A program made the translations under genes and the position numbers. Shown one piece after another: positions 49,958-63,939 of a DNA stretch of 64,000 nucleotides; position 1 is the first letter of the stretch, and each line of letters opens with the position of its first letter. This DNA comes from Octopus sinensis (lineage: Eukaryota): NCBI RefSeq assembly GCF_006345805.1, contig NC_042998.1, positions 39,990,001-40,054,000 on the forward strand. Direction: 5' to 3'. The notes beneath the pieces were generated by a model. The model ran no database searches and was not told the DNA's origin. It saw only the letters and a program-made list of their open reading frames with translations.

Positions 49958-51458
49958 CAGGTGTGCCCAGCATTGCCTGGGGCTGTTTGTTAAGTATGCC
50001 TGTTTGGTTATTAGACCCTTCATGGATACACTTCTGAACTGAATGAAAGAAATCATAATGGCAGTTGTTTGATTTATTTAGTGCAAAAGTGAACATGCAG
50101 AGTTATACGCCCACAGCATTGTCATTGTCTTCCATCGGGACAGTTGGTTGATCTGTAAAAAACCGGCAGAAATTGAGTTTATTTTCCTTACCACACAACT
50201 GCTGACATGTGTTGTCAGCAGATGGAAAAGTTGAGCCTAAAGGTATGATATAAAGTGAAATAGTATGTTTACCTGCTGTTTTGCTGGGTAGCACATACAT
50301 TATCTGAACAAAAAATTTGATGTGTGGCCTGTGCAAAAAAGATGTAAAGTGTAGTATCTGTTGCCGACCTCACAATTGGGGGCACTCAACGGAGAGCATA
50401 TTGTGAAGATTGCGCTTATGAAATAAATAAGGTGACAAGGGTATGGTTACTTGTTGTTTTCCTGTTTGCCGCATAGAGCAACATCCGTTATTGTCTTTCC
50501 CCTGTAGTCTCCATAGCGCACACAGCAGCATCTCTTGTAAGTCGATCTGCATGTTGTGCTGAAATCTCTGCAGCTCATGCAACACCAGTTGAGGAAGCAT
50601 CTCTTGTAAGTTGAACTGCGTGCTATGCTGCAGTCTCTGCAGCTCGTGCAGCAGCAGTAGAGGAAGCATATCTTGTTTGGCGTGCTGAATGTTGCTCCTT
50701 GCTCTGGGTGGCTTGTTGTGCAGGAATTCGTGCTAACCGATCACAATGCTGCTCTTCGCTTTCCCTTCTTTGCACTGAAGCCATCCTAAGTGCATTGGGA
50801 GAGTTCCTCCTGACGGCATCCCCGGCAGATTCATTTGCATGCATACGTTTACTCTTCTTTGCAGTATTTGCTTGCTTACCTATATTAGATCTTTTGTGTC
50901 GAGGCATGGTGGAAAATTATTAGTTTATGCAATAGAAAATGTTCTAAGGGAAAAGCGGTGAATGTGTAGCACCCAAAAAATAGTAAAATGTAGTTGGCAA
51001 AAATGTTAATTAAACAGATCAAATTAAGGATTTTTAATTTTGGGTAAGAGTTTGAAGTGGCTAGTTTAAGTTGGAATAATTGTATGAAAAATAACGCCCT
51101 TGTGAAAACAGAGGCAAATCATAACTCGCAAATGAATACTGCTAACAGTACTGTGCAAGCAGTCGATAAGAGCTCACCACAGCTGACAAAGTATTGATTT
51201 TTTCCAGCTGACAAAGTAAAGTATGTATTTTTTTCCAGCTGGGTGTGTGTCACGTTTTCTTCTCTGCCTCAAGCCAAATTCTAGGCGAATTGAGAGTACT
51301 CTATTTATGTTGGGGGCACAGAATTTTGAGGAAAAAATTATAAGAAAAAGTGTCCTAAGTCAAAGAGAGCACACATGTCAAATTTGGTGAAATTTAGTTG
51401 AAAATTGTAGAAGTGGTTCACTCACAACACACACGCAGACAACTTACCTTTTAATATA
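49955..51458 (-). mobile_element. Internally deleted Helitron with RepHel N-terminal remnant
   Basis: 5' atatattaaaaggtaagttgtctg end; ORF 50623-50907 with R/E-rich repeats followed by WRLQGKDNNGCC (zinc-finger-like); 3' hairpin ccccaggcaatgctggg with a degenerate CTAG. Confidence 0.55.
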
Positions 51459-51899
51459 TCTCTTATTATAAAAGGCAGATTTTATCTGCCTCCCTTTGGG
51501 AGTTATACAAATCTACAATATAGGATTTCTTCAATTACAATTTACCTAGCAATTTTAAGAGTACAATGCATCGCGTCATGCCAGGTCCAGTTTTTAAAAT
51601 TTAAACTCCAATTAAGCAAAATTTACAGAAAACTCACATTCTGGTGTGTGTGTCAAATGCTTTTCTTAGTCTTGTTTACACCACACGCAAACGCACACAC
51701 ACAGTGGGCAACGAATAAAGTGAAACTAGATGTAATATTTGTTTCTCTCTATCACGCTGATAGATACATGAGTAAAATGTATGGGAAGCTAACACATAAG
51801 TGTGAGTGAAAATGTTCTTGGAAGAGAGTAAATAGCCAGAGATAGTGATTTGAGGAAGACTTTACATAAATAACCGTAGTGGCTTGTGTTAGTAATAAA

Positions 51900-52200
51900 G
51901 TAAACATACACTCATACATACATACATACATACATACATACATACATACAAACATACATACACACACACACACATACATACATACACACACACATACATA
52001 CACACATACATACATATACATACATACATATACATACATACACACACACACACACATACACACACACACAGTATTGAAGCTTGAGAACAATCAGATACAT
52101 TTGCAACACATCTGTTGAAAATATTATTGTTCACACACATACATATACATATATACATACAGACAGACAGACAGATAGACACACACACACACACACATGA
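51900..52200. repeat. Compound (CATA)n/(CA)n/(CAGA)n microsatellite
   Basis: Visible directly; it produces the spurious Cys/Val/Tyr-rich ORFs in the track. Confidence 0.95.
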
Positions 52201-52321
52201 TCCAGCATGGCCACAGCCTCAAGGCTGAAACATATAAAAGAATAACAGAATATAAATGTGTGCATGTGTGTGAGAGAGAGAGTGTGTGTGTATATGTATG
52301 TATGTATGTATATATATATAA

Positions 52322-52745
52322 TAATGCGGTTTTTTCAACAGCTTGAACTAAAAGTCAGAGGGGAATGGGATAAACTACTTAACTTGGTAAGGTAGTAATT
52401 TTATCTTGTCCTTATTCATAGTGCAAGTTTTGAAGAGTGCATTTCGATTTTAACAGCTATTTTTTTCAAAGCTATATTGGAACAGCCTAGAAGACGAGCC
52501 TCATCCTGAAAGATCTGTAGAACTCGACAAGGACATCCTGAAAACCCTGGTGGAATAAAATCTCATCGTAACTGTTGAGGAACTAGCAGAGAAGCTTGGA
52601 TTTGGTCATTCAACCATTCATTGAGACCTGTGTGCTATCGGAAAAGTCAGCAAATTGGGTCAATGGGTTCCTCACGAACTTTCCGAGTCTAATTGCATGC
52701 AGAGAGTGAATGTATGCTTTTCTTTGCTGTCACATCTCACCACTA
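52322..52745 (+). mobile_element. Mariner transposase fragment
   Basis: SLEDEPHPERSVELD...TVEELAEKLGFGHSTIH*DL..IGKVSKLGQWVPHELSE contains the WVPHEL motif; starts with a TIR-like taatgcggttttt. Confidence 0.85.
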
Positions 52746-52759
52746 CTGCGCTATGTATA

Positions 52760-53396
52760 TCTATATATATAAAACTGTAGTTGTGTGAGTGTCTGTCCCC
52801 TTCGATTTAGATTCCTAACTACTCCCACATTTTGCGGTGCAGTTTAACCAAATTCAGGTAGCTTATAGTCGTGATTCATATTGAGCCCGTCTGAGTATTA
52901 GCGCGCGTCTACGATGAGTCTACGATTTTAAAAATAATTTAACATAATTTTTTATTCCATTTTAATGCATAATTTTTCGTGTGTCGATGGCGGCGGAGTT
53001 GGCGTCCACGCTCACACCTGCACCTGTGGGGAAGGGAGTGTAAGGAAATCAACGTCGTAATGCGTTGTCAAGGAGACCAGCGTTCTTTTAGAACAACGAC
53101 TTCATGGCTTGAAGACTCCAAAACAGAAATGGCTATGAAAGCGTCTACATGAGTCTACGATTTAAAAAAAAATTTACCATCGTTTTTTTTCCGTTTTAAT
53201 GCATTTTTTCGCTATTATATAAGGGAAGTAACTCTCTAAAAATGTCTACGATGAGTCAACGATTTTTCAAAAAATTTACCATCATATTTTTTCCATTTTT
53301 AATGCATTTTTTGCTATTTTTTGGCTATAACTCTCTAAAAATGCTTATATAGTTATTTCCCTTACAAACCCGAGCAACGCCGGGCGATACTGCTAG
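52760..53396 (+). mobile_element. Non-autonomous Helitron, copy 1
   Basis: A|TCTATATATATAAAACTG start; hairpin cccgagcaacgccggg then CTAG end. Confidence 0.85.
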
Positions 53397-53909
53397 TCTA
53401 TATATATAAAACTGTAGTTGTGTGAGTGTCTGTCTCCTACGATTTAGATTCCTAACTACTCCCACATTTTGCGGTGCAGTTTAACCAAATTCGGGTAGCT
53501 TATAGTCGTGATTCATATCGAGCCCGTCTGAGTATTAGCGCGCGTCTACGATGAGTCTACGATTTAAAAAATAATTTAGCATCATTTTTTATTCCATTTT
53601 AATGCATAATTTTTCGTGTGTCGATGGCAGCGGAGTTGGCGTCCACGGTCACACCTGCACCTGTTTGCTTCTCCCCCTTCTTCCCTCCCTCGTGAAGCTG
53701 TGGGGAAGGGAGTGTAAGGAAATCAACGTCGTAAAGCGTTGTCAAGGAGACCAGCGTTCTTTTAGAACAACGACTTCATGGCTTGAAGACACCAAAACAG
53801 AAATGGCTAAGAAAGCCCGAATTGGCATCTATAAGGGAAGTAACTCTCTAAAAATGCTTATATAGTTATTTCCCTTACAAACCCGAGCAACGCCGGGTGA
53901 TACTGCTAG
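53397..53909 (+). mobile_element. Non-autonomous Helitron, copy 2 (joined head-to-tail to copy 1)
   Basis: Junction CTAG|TCTATATATATAAAACTG at 53396/53397; ends CTAG|T. Confidence 0.85.
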
Positions 53910-53951
53910 TAAGATATATAGATATAGATACATATGTACATTAAATATATA

Positions 53952-54060
<109 letters not shown>

Positions 54061-54065
54061 GTATA

Positions 54066-54624
54066 TCTATATATATAAAACTGTAGTTGTGTGAGTGTCT
54101 GTCCCCTTCGATTTAGATTCCTTACTACTCCCACATTTTGCGGTGCAATTTAACCAAATTCGGGTATCTTATAGTCGTGATTCATATCGAGCCCGTCTGG
54201 GTATTAGCGTGCGTCTACGATGAGTCTACGATTTTAAAAATAATTTAACATCATTTTTTATTCCATTTTAATGCATAATTTTTCGTGTGTCGGTGGCCGC
54301 GGAGTTGGCGTCCACGCTCACACCTGTGTTGCTTCTCCCCCTTCTTCCCTCCCTTGTGAAGCTGTGGGGAAGGGTGTGTAAGGAAATCAACGTCGTAAAG
54401 CGTTGTCAAGGAGACCAGCGTTTTTTCAGAACAACGACTTCATGGCTTGAAGACACCAAAACAGAAAATGTCTACGATGAGTCAACGATTTAAAAAAAAT
54501 TTACCATAATTTTTTTTCCATTTTTAATGCAATTTTTTTTGCTATTTTTTGGCTATAACTCTCTAAAAATGCTTATATAGTTATTTCCCTTACAAACCCG
54601 AGCAACGCCGGGCGATACTGCTAG
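54066..54624 (+). mobile_element. Non-autonomous Helitron, copy 3
   Basis: Same TC and CTAG termini and hairpin; separated from copy 2 by (TA)n(GA)n. Confidence 0.85.
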
Positions 54625-55070
54625 TTATATATATATAGATACATATGTATATTATATATATAACATATATATATATATGTATACTATATACATATATATG
54701 TGTGTGTGTGTGTGTTATTTATATACATACATACATATATGCATATATGTATGCATGGGAGTGCATATGTGTAGTTGTGTCTTGTCATTGTATATGCTTG
54801 CTGTAAAGAATGTGCCTCACCATGATGCTGTTTATGTGAAAACCTTGAGAAATAGGTATTTTACTTGGCAACAACTATAAGTTGGTGACAGGAAGGGCAT
54901 TTGGTGAAAGATTATTGCCTTAAGCTTAATCCAGTTCATACCAGTATGAAAAATGCAGATGTAAAACTGATGAGGATTATTTCATGTCCATACAAGTGCA
55001 GTCTTGTCTAGTAAACAAATTAACATGTTTATTATTTTCTTTACATAAATAAAAAAAAAACTACACAAAC

Positions 55071-55259
55071 CTCATATTTGGGATCATTGAGAATTCGACT
55101 TAGATCTCTAAATTCAAGTTGTATTGTAGTTACTTCAGAGGTAGTGCTGTCTGGACCCCACCGAGGAGGATGAGCTTTTTTGGTCTTTAGATTAACATCT
55201 GAGTATGGGATCTTAGATGGGGAATCAAAACAAGGCATTAATCGATCTCCAAGTTCTTT
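55071..55259 (-). CDS. MAN1B1: GH47 mannosidase exon (189 nt, phase 0-0)
   Basis: ttttccag|[23 protein letters not shown]...[25 protein letters not shown]...KYE|gtttgt. Confidence 0.95.
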
Positions 55260-55861
55260 CTGGAAAATTAAATGAGTAAATGAAGGTTTACAGCTACAAT
55301 GAAGACTGTGAGAGTTATGAAAAATAATGGTGATGTTAATATGTAGCAGTACTTAAATACCATCTTTGTTACATTTAATCTAATTCAGGTTTTTTGTTTT
55401 GTATTCTTCTTTCCCAAAGAATGGAGTGATTATTTTAAAACAAATGTGGCAGCTGAAGGTTTTGAAATAATGAGGAAATGACTATACACAAGTAAATCTA
55501 AAACATTTAACAGTTTCTGATGAAGGCATTACAATTTAAAGTAAATTATAAATAATAGTTACAAATATATAATTATTTCTCACATTAGGAAATGATAATG
55601 ACTTTGTAACTGAGGGATTATAGTCAGTTGAACTGATTCTAGTACATTACTGCTACTTTTTACTAAACTCCAGGTAGATGAAATATAAAACCAAACTCTA
55701 TGGGATTTGAATTCAGAATGCAGAGAGAAGAGACAAAATTGCAAGGCATTTACTCCTACATTTTACGACTTTAGCCATATAGCTGCTCTTTTATGAATTA
55801 ATAATAGAAAACATATTTTTAATACAGAGTTAAAAATGTGAATTAAAGTTTAGACTCTTAC

Positions 55862-56010
55862 AGCTTTTTGCTTGAACACTTCATCTCCAGACAGATGATA
55901 GGCACTTAGTAAGCCTCCAAGAATTCGGATAGTTATTTCAAATAGATTCACATCTTGGTTTATATCTAACTTCATGTGTTTTTCTACCCAGCTGCGAGCT
56001 TCCTTAAATT
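55862..56010 (-). CDS. MAN1B1: GH47 mannosidase exon (149 nt, phase 1-0), not in the ORF track
   Basis: tttcttatag|(E)FKEARSWV...[31 protein letters not shown]|gtaaga; contains the catalytic Glu in the FExxIR motif. Confidence 0.95.
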
Positions 56011-56640
56011 CTATAAGAAATGGTATAAGAAAAAGAAAATACTATTTTTGTTAATAACAATGCTATATTAATCAAAAGGTAACAGAAAACATTGCTAATT
56101 AATGATTTCTTTTCTACATGGCATTTAGTATTGTTAAAAAATATTTCATTAAAATAAAACAGTTGATGCTTTTATTTTCAATGTCATATTACCAACTTAT
56201 CTGAGAAGTTTATGGATATCACAAACAATTTGAAAATAAGAGGTCCAGACTTTCAACTTCATTTTCAACTGTAGAGTATCAATGTTGCTTTGTTATTTAT
56301 AAAGGTATAACATAATGAGTTAGTTTATTTTACACCCATTTTTCCATGCTGATATAAATAAAACTATACATATTACTGAAACATTGTCTTACAGCCAGAT
56401 GTGTGGCTGTGTAGTCAAGAAGTTTGCTTCCGAACCATATGATTTCAGGCTCAATCCCACTGCAGGACACCTTGGACAAATGTCTTCTACTATAGACCCA
56501 GACCAACCAAAGCGTCGAGTGGATTTGGTGGATGGAAATTGAAAAACGCTCATTGGATACAAACACACATAAACATCTGTGTGTGTGTGTGTCAGTATGT
56601 ATATGTTTGTGTTTCCTTGTCTTGACTTTGTGTAATGTTG

Positions 56641-56743
<103 letters not shown>

Positions 56744-57070
56744 CATGCATACACGTACACACATATATACATTACATTTGTTCCCTATGCACATTTCACC
56801 ACTGTGGTTATTTGCATTTTCCCCAGTGCATATTCATAGTGTATTTGGATGCAAATCTACAATGGTTCTGCAAGAAAACTGTATTACATAATGTAAACAC
56901 AGAACACACACACACACACATAAATAAATCATAGTGTGCAATATATGATAGTATTTATTACAATATAATATATACTGTATCAAAGTGTTATATGTTATAT
57001 TTTAAAATACAATTCTATTACAAATGCAATTATACTATAGATAAATAGAAATAAAGTCTCAATAGCTTAC

Positions 57071-57262
57071 CTTCATTAAGACCCATAATAAACATTGTGT
57101 CTAATGCATCAACCATAGTTAGTCCAACTCCAAACCAATCATGATATGTTTTTGCAACTGGCCTCAATTCGTCGTGCCCCCAAGCAAATTCTTGATAAGC
57201 TTTCCAAGCATGACTGAAGGCATTGATCACAGATATCTGCCTCTTGGACTTAGATTTAGGAA
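57071..57262 (-). CDS. MAN1B1: GH47 mannosidase, most 5' exon identified (192 nt, phase 1-1)
   Basis: atttccag|..[30 protein letters not shown]...[19 protein letters not shown]|gtaagc. Paralog assignment to MAN1B1 rests on recalled similarity to human ERManI, not on a search. Confidence 0.9.
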
Positions 57263-57854
57263 CTGGAAATCATAGATTAAACAGATAATGAGAGTGCAAT
57301 AAAACGTTTTGTCTGAATAAAATAAACAACTACTATTAAATACATATCAGTGCCACATAAAATCACCCTTGTTGGTACCATATAAAAGCACCTGTGCTGG
57401 TGGCATGTAAAAAAAACACCCAGTACACTAAGTAAAGTGGTTGGCATTAGGAAGGGCATCCAGCCATAGAAACCATGCCGAAATAGACAATTGGTGCCTG
57501 GGTAGCTATCAGGTTAGCCAGCTCTTGTCAAATCAATCCACCCATGCCAGCATGGAAAATGGATGCATGATGATGATGATGACTATAAAATAAGAGCTCC
57601 ATGAATAATTAAAATCATTCCATGGAAGGTGTTCATAAGAGTTCAGCATATTGATTTCACCAGCCTATCAGAATTTGATCAGCCAAATTTAGTAAATCAC
57701 ATGTGTGCTTCCTGGATAAGTCATAGACAAAAATCTTTCCATTATTGATTTCTTACAGAATATGACTTTGATCACTTTAAATTCAGAGTTAGCAATTTTT
57801 TTTACCTAATGTTAGCAGCTTCCTTCATTTTGATATTTTCACACAAAGTCCCTT

Positions 57855-58420
57855 GGACATACAAAGACCTGTTGAGGCAAGCGAAGTCGATATTGAACCT
57901 CATCCGACGACAGGCACCTATGCCTACCCCCCCTTTGCTTGTGAAGACCTGTTGGGGCAAGTGAAATCGAAATCGGAATCGAAATTGAACCAATCCTATG
58001 ACTGGCACCTGGCAGATGCCAGGACCCCTGGACTGGAGATACATAAAAACCACTATCCAAATCGTGGCCGATGCCAGCACCGCCTCGACTGGCTTCTGTG
58101 TCGGTGGCACATAAAAAGCACCATCCGAATCGTGGCTGAAGCCAGTGCCGCCTCGACTGGCTTCCGTGCAGGTGGCACGTAAAATGCACCAATCCGACCG
58201 TGGCCGATGCCAGCCTCGCCTGGCTCCAGTGCAGGTGGCACGTAAAAAGCACCCACTACACTCACGGAGTGGTTGGCGTTAGGAAGGGCATCCAGCTGTA
58301 GAAACATTGCCAGATAAGACCGGAGCCTGGTGCAGCCTTCTGGCTTCCCAGATCCCCGGTCGAACCGTCCAACCCATGCTAGCATGGAGAACGGACGTTA
58401 AACAATGATGATGATGATGT
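57855..58420 (+). mobile_element. 5'-truncated RTE 3'-UTR copy with internal tandem units and (GAT)n tail
   Basis: Homologous to 48815-49335; shorter copies at about 57375-57582 (+), 61548-61870 (-) and 41495-41620 (-). Confidence 0.8.
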
Positions 58421-60312
58421 TGTTTTTTCTTTTGTATTACCCTCTCATTTTATTGGTAGACAATAGATAGATAATGAAAGCATGCATAAGAAAAGTAGGG
58501 AAGGAGATAGATAGATAGATAGAAGAGAGAAAAAAAGACAAATAGTGAAGAGGAGAAAGAGACAATTTTCACCAAGTAGGATGAGAATATCCAAAAATTG
58601 TTGAATATAGATAACACACACAATGAAAGTTCATTGCTTTTAATGCACATTGAATTGCCAAAATAAAACAAATCTGGAATAAATTTGTTATTTTTATAAA
58701 TATACAAATCGAATATCCCACACATTATTCAGTTCAAAATCAAAAACATTCCCACAGGAAAATGGCAAGATATAATTGTAGGAAGATTTGACTGCTATTT
58801 CTAGCATTCAAATACCACTTTAACTGACATTCCATAGGTACATTTCTGATCATTCCAGCCATGCATATGTACACAGATATACAGTTTTTTTTTAGCATTT
58901 CAATATCCAGCCCACATGTATACATAAAATATACACACATACAAAGCAAATTGAGAGACTCTCTAAAACCAAAATAATAGATTTTCATTTTGTTTTTAAA
59001 TGTTACTTTGATTTCAAATGCACAGTAAAATAGTGTTTCTTCACAAAATACTATATCATGTGAAAATATGTATCTCAGTCTTTTGTGTATGTGTCTGGGT
59101 TGTATATTTTATTCATGTGTTACAATTAGTAGTGTGTGTGCATTTGATATGTATGTCATGTCTATGTGCCATGTAAGTATTTATGTATGTTTTGAATGCA
59201 TATTGCTATAATAAGGAACAAAATTCTTCTGTTTTGAGGGTTCCAGAATCCAAAAATGTATTGAAAGCAATTAAAAACAAAGGGACATGTGTTTAAGAGA
59301 ATATTAGTCAAAACTTTTATCATCACAATGGACTGTTTTCATGAAATCGTGGAACAAACAGAAACATGGATTGTGACCTTTGGTATTATATAAAGATAAC
59401 AGCAAATAAATAGCTACTCCTTGGTTCCAAAGTGGTAATACTTTAACTGAGAACTGAAGTTTGAATAGCTAAAATATATCAACAACTGGAGATAGAGCTC
59501 CTATAATGACACCATATGTAACTGGTACAGAACCACAAACTAATGAGCATTGGTTGAGATACACCCTAATGTAAGAACCATGCAATTCTGCTAACCAAGC
59601 AACGTACAATGAAGATGCAGAGAAATGTTTTAGGTTGAACAAAATTTAGCTGAATGGACTCAATAAGAAGAAAAATGGCAGGCTTAGGAAGATGACCAGA
59701 GAATATTTGGATGCAAAGGAGCAGCAACTCTTGTGTCTTTGCTTTAACAGCAAAGATGGCAGACTCAGATCAATAAAAGCAATGAAACTTAAATTTCCAG
59801 GCAAGGCTCCACATAGCAAAATACAGTTTAATGGAAAGCAATAAAAGATGGCATTCATCGGAACTACATGAAAATGGGATTTTAATTTTTGGCTTTTTAA
59901 ATAATCTAAACTTTGAGACAATATGGATGATATCAGAAATCAGATGAGCACCACTGTTTTCTCCCCTGTATAATACCAAACACTTGTCAGAAAACAAATC
60001 ATCTTTCATTCGTTTCAGTCATTGGACTGTGGCTATGCTGCAGCACTGTGTTGAAGGATTAAGTCAAACAAATCAACCCCAGCACTAATTTTTCTTTAAA
60101 GAAAAAAAGAAAAGCCTGGCACTTATTCTATCATTATCTTTTGCTGAACTGCTTAGTGATAGGGATGTAAACAAACCAACACCAGTTGTCAAGCAGTGGT
60201 AGGGGGTAAACACACACATATATATATATGTGTGTGTGTGTATATCTATATATGTATGTGCATATGTGTGTGTTTGCGTGTGTGTGTGTGAGTATACATA
60301 CACACACATATA

Positions 60313-61521
60313 CATAACGGAAGTAAATAATCACTCCATAAAATATTGTTCTATGTTTATTCTAACTTGCAAAGTTAGTAATTAACATTTTTATGTTTCA
60401 GGTTCTATATGTGACTGCTTAATCATGTCATGTATAAAAGGAGCCTTGGAACTGTTTGAATTTCAAAGAAGCTGTATTGTGGGTTATTCTGAAGGTAGAC
60501 ATAGTCAGCATAAAATCACAGAAAACATTGAGTAATTGAGTGATTGTGCAATTCATCAGAGATGGGGAGGAGTCCACATCACCTCACCCAGATCAACTAG
60601 GGCCTTCTGACAGGCCCCTTCCCTTTGTTAAGAGAAGTATGGAGGATAATCCTCACTGCAAGGCCTCTGACATAGCAGAACAAGTTGATATCAGTTCCAG
60701 AACAGCTGTCAGGTATCTCCACAAACTTGGTTACTATAGCAGAGCAGCAAGATGGAAGCCACTTCTTTGGTCAGCCAACATCAAGTGGAGAAAAGACTGG
60801 GCTAATGAGATGGTGGAGAGGCCACTAGCATTTTGGGACACTGTCACATTCTTTGATGAGTCCTGGTTTGCTGTATTTCCTGACAGTGGTTGAGTGTGGG
60901 TCTGGAGACTCTGTGATAAAGAATTTGATGTAAAAAGATTGCAGTCCACGACGAAACAAGGCAGCTATTCTGTGATGGTCTGGGAGGCAATTTGGAGCAA
61001 TGGTTGATCAGAGCTTGTGGAGTATGAGGGAAACATAAACTCAGATAAATATGTGTCCATATTGCAGAAAGAACTCCTTCTAATCTTCTCCAGTGTTGAA
61101 ATGATTAAAGAAGACTCTTTATAGACGATGGAGCTCCTTATCACATGGCTAAAATGACCCAAGACTTGTTGAGTGAGAATGGCATTAAAAAGCTTCCATG
61201 GCCAAGCCAAACACCAGATATGAATTCTACTGAACACCTCTGGGACATAATGGACAGGACACTTCATAAAAAGAACAAGAAAGTATCTTCAAAGCCAGAT
61301 CTTTTGAGATTACTGCATGAAACTTGGCAAGAAATTTCGCAAAAGAATACTCATGTGATCAGTAACATGTTTATTAAGGTCCTTGCACTGAAAAATGCAA
61401 AGAGCATGTCTACTAAAAATGAAATATTCCCATTATAACAATTAATAAATAATATGAATGTGTAATTTCAGATTTAAATAAATTTTAATGATTATAAAGA
61501 TGTCTATTTACTTCTGTCATG
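60313..61521 (+). mobile_element. Full-span decayed Tc1 (DD34E) transposon
   Basis: Peptides [29 protein letters not shown] and WPSQTPDMNSTEHLW. Imperfect TIRs CATAACGGAAGTAAATA / CATGACAGAAGTAAATA (15/17); TA on the left flank. Confidence 0.85.
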
Positions 61522-63347
61522 TTTGTGTGTGTGTATATATATATCATTATCATCATCATTTAATGTCCGTGTTTCATTCTAGCATGGGTGGGACAGTACT
61601 ACAAGAGCCAGACAGGCCAAAGCCTGCATTGGACTTTTGTGACTGTTTTGGCAGGATTTTTACAGCTGGATGCCCTTCCTAACACCAATCACTCAACAGA
61701 ATGGACTTTGTGCTTTTTATGTGGCACAAGCACGGGTGAGGTGAGTAGTGCTTTTTATGTGGCACAAGCACAGCAAGGTCAGTTTTGGCAAGGTTTTTAC
61801 AGTTGGATGCCCTTCAGAACACTAACCACTTTACAATGTGGACTGGGTGCTTTTAAGTGGCACCTGCACTGACAGGATCACCAAGTACTTGCAAGACAAA
61901 AACTTCTAAGAGGGAAAGAGGCATTGGAGGAGATGATGATGAAACAATTATAGTGAAACAGAGATAGGTGTCTTGCTGAAGATAATGTACAAGGTTACCC
62001 AGCCAGAGAGAGCAAGATCAAAGATGAAGACAGAAACAGGTGTGCTACCACAAAGAAAATACACAGTTGCCCAGCCTGAGGGAAGAGCAGGAGAAGGAGA
62101 GAGGGAGAGAGAGTGGGAGACCACAGGATGGAGATGGTGGCAAAATGCCGGGCATATTCACAAGGAATGGGGATCAGAGTATAAATAAGATGGTTGAATA
62201 AAGGAAGATATATATATATATATATATAATAGGCTTCTTTCAGTTTCTGTTTACTGAATTCATTCACAAGTCTTTGGTCAACCTAGGGCTATAGTAGAAG
62301 ACATTTGCCCAAAGTGCCGCACAGTGGAAATGAACCTGGAACCATGTGGTTGGAAAGTAAGCTTCTTACCACATAGCCATACCTGCTGACAATTTTCAAG
62401 AAAGGCGAATGCATATTGGAGGTAAAGGATATAAAATTGCACTAATTAATGATGCAAAACCATGCAATGTTGATCATACACAAATTCTTCAATACATATT
62501 TTAAGGACATACTGTAGAAAGGATTAAATAGGAAGGATTAAATGGCCTGTATGAAAAGGGCAAGTCATTGAGTAGAACCCTCATAAAAGAGTGGTCTTCT
62601 AATACATTAATCGTTCTGACTTTGTTGACAGTGATAATTAGAAGCCAGAAAAGGTTACACTGCACAAGATGCTAATTCAAATATTAAGAAAAGTCATCCA
62701 TAGCCTTTAGACAATATGATATGCACTAATTTGGAATTTCTGTGACACAGATAATTATGTCCTCCCTATACTATTTTCCTTGTGCCCAAAATAGACTCAT
62801 GCAGCAAAGCTATCTCTAAAAATATATAATCAAGTAATAAATAATAAAACTATGAAAAATGGATGTGTTTACTGTCACAACACATGCAAGGAAAATATTG
62901 GACAAGCACTGGCAATAATAATTTTCAGAGATCAATTAAATTACATATTACCAACTCACAAACCTGCTCTTCTCAATGAATGGTACAAAGTAGTCAGAAA
63001 GTATGAAACAAGAAAAAGAAAAATAAGAAAGATAGAAAGCTTATGAATGTAAGGAAGGTAAACTAATGTCTCTATTAAAGTTGGGGACTCATTCTTCAAC
63101 TCCATCTTTGTCTAAGGAAAGAATTTAACAGAACAGAAAAAAAAGACTCCATCTGCTATCGGAATTAACAGTAAAGAAAAGGACTTAAAAGTTGTATTGT
63201 CCTTCACTAGATGCATTCTTAACAGAGATAAGCAATTGGTTAGAAATTGAGTTGAATGATGACAAAGATGATATGAAATCAGAAAGTAAGATTGAGAAAG
63301 ATAATTAAAAACATATAGCACACCAAATAAAGCATTCAGCACATTAA

Positions 63348-63569
63348 CCCATTATTATTTAAACCAGCCAGATCCAGCCCAAATATGCTACTTGTTTTAT
63401 GTTCTAACCAGCCAGATCCAGCCAATCACACCTACCCTTAAATGCCATTCTAAAAATATACAATCATATCATCAAAATTTCATAGCTATGAGATAATGCA
63501 TGATTAATTAAAAACAATGTGAATGAAAAAAAGCATTATATTTGACAGAATGATCCAAATGTTAAAGGG
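63348..63569. mobile_element. piggyBac-type MITE
   Basis: TTAA|CCC...AAAGGG|TTAA; reverse orientation to 33044-33256. Confidence 0.75.
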
Positions 63570-63703
63570 TTAATATTATAAGAGAATATCTAACTAATAC
63601 AGAAAATATGTTACAAATTATTCTTCAGAAAGAACCCTATATGGTTTGAAATCTACCAATTAAGTTGAAGGATTTTGTTCCCTATGAAAGGCAAGTGTAT
63701 AAT

Positions 63704-63939
63704 ACCTATTTCTTTACTACCCACAAGGGACTAAACACAGGGAGGACAAACAAGGACAGACAAACGGATTAAGTCGATTATATCGACCCCAGTGCATAAC
63801 TGGTACTTATTTAATCGACCCTGAAAGGATGACAGGCAAAGTCGATCTTGGCGGAATTTGAACTCAGAATGTAATGGCAGACGAAATACCACTAAGCATT
63901 TCGCCCAGCATGCTAACGATTCTGCCAGTTCACCGCTCT
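63704..63939 (-). mobile_element. tRNA-head Meta-like SINE with 15-bp TSD
   Basis: Reverse complement of the 20177 family; AGGCAAGTGTATAAT at 63689-63703 and 63940-63954. Confidence 0.85.

Noticed and set aside
49635-52194. Many YI/CV/HT-repeat ORFs (also at 28712-29088, 53829-54134, 56330-56891, 60085-60334)
   Set aside because: Translations of microsatellites.
59650-59990. Peptide echo IKAMKL..GKAP of a LINE pre-RT region
   Set aside because: Too degenerate to assign.
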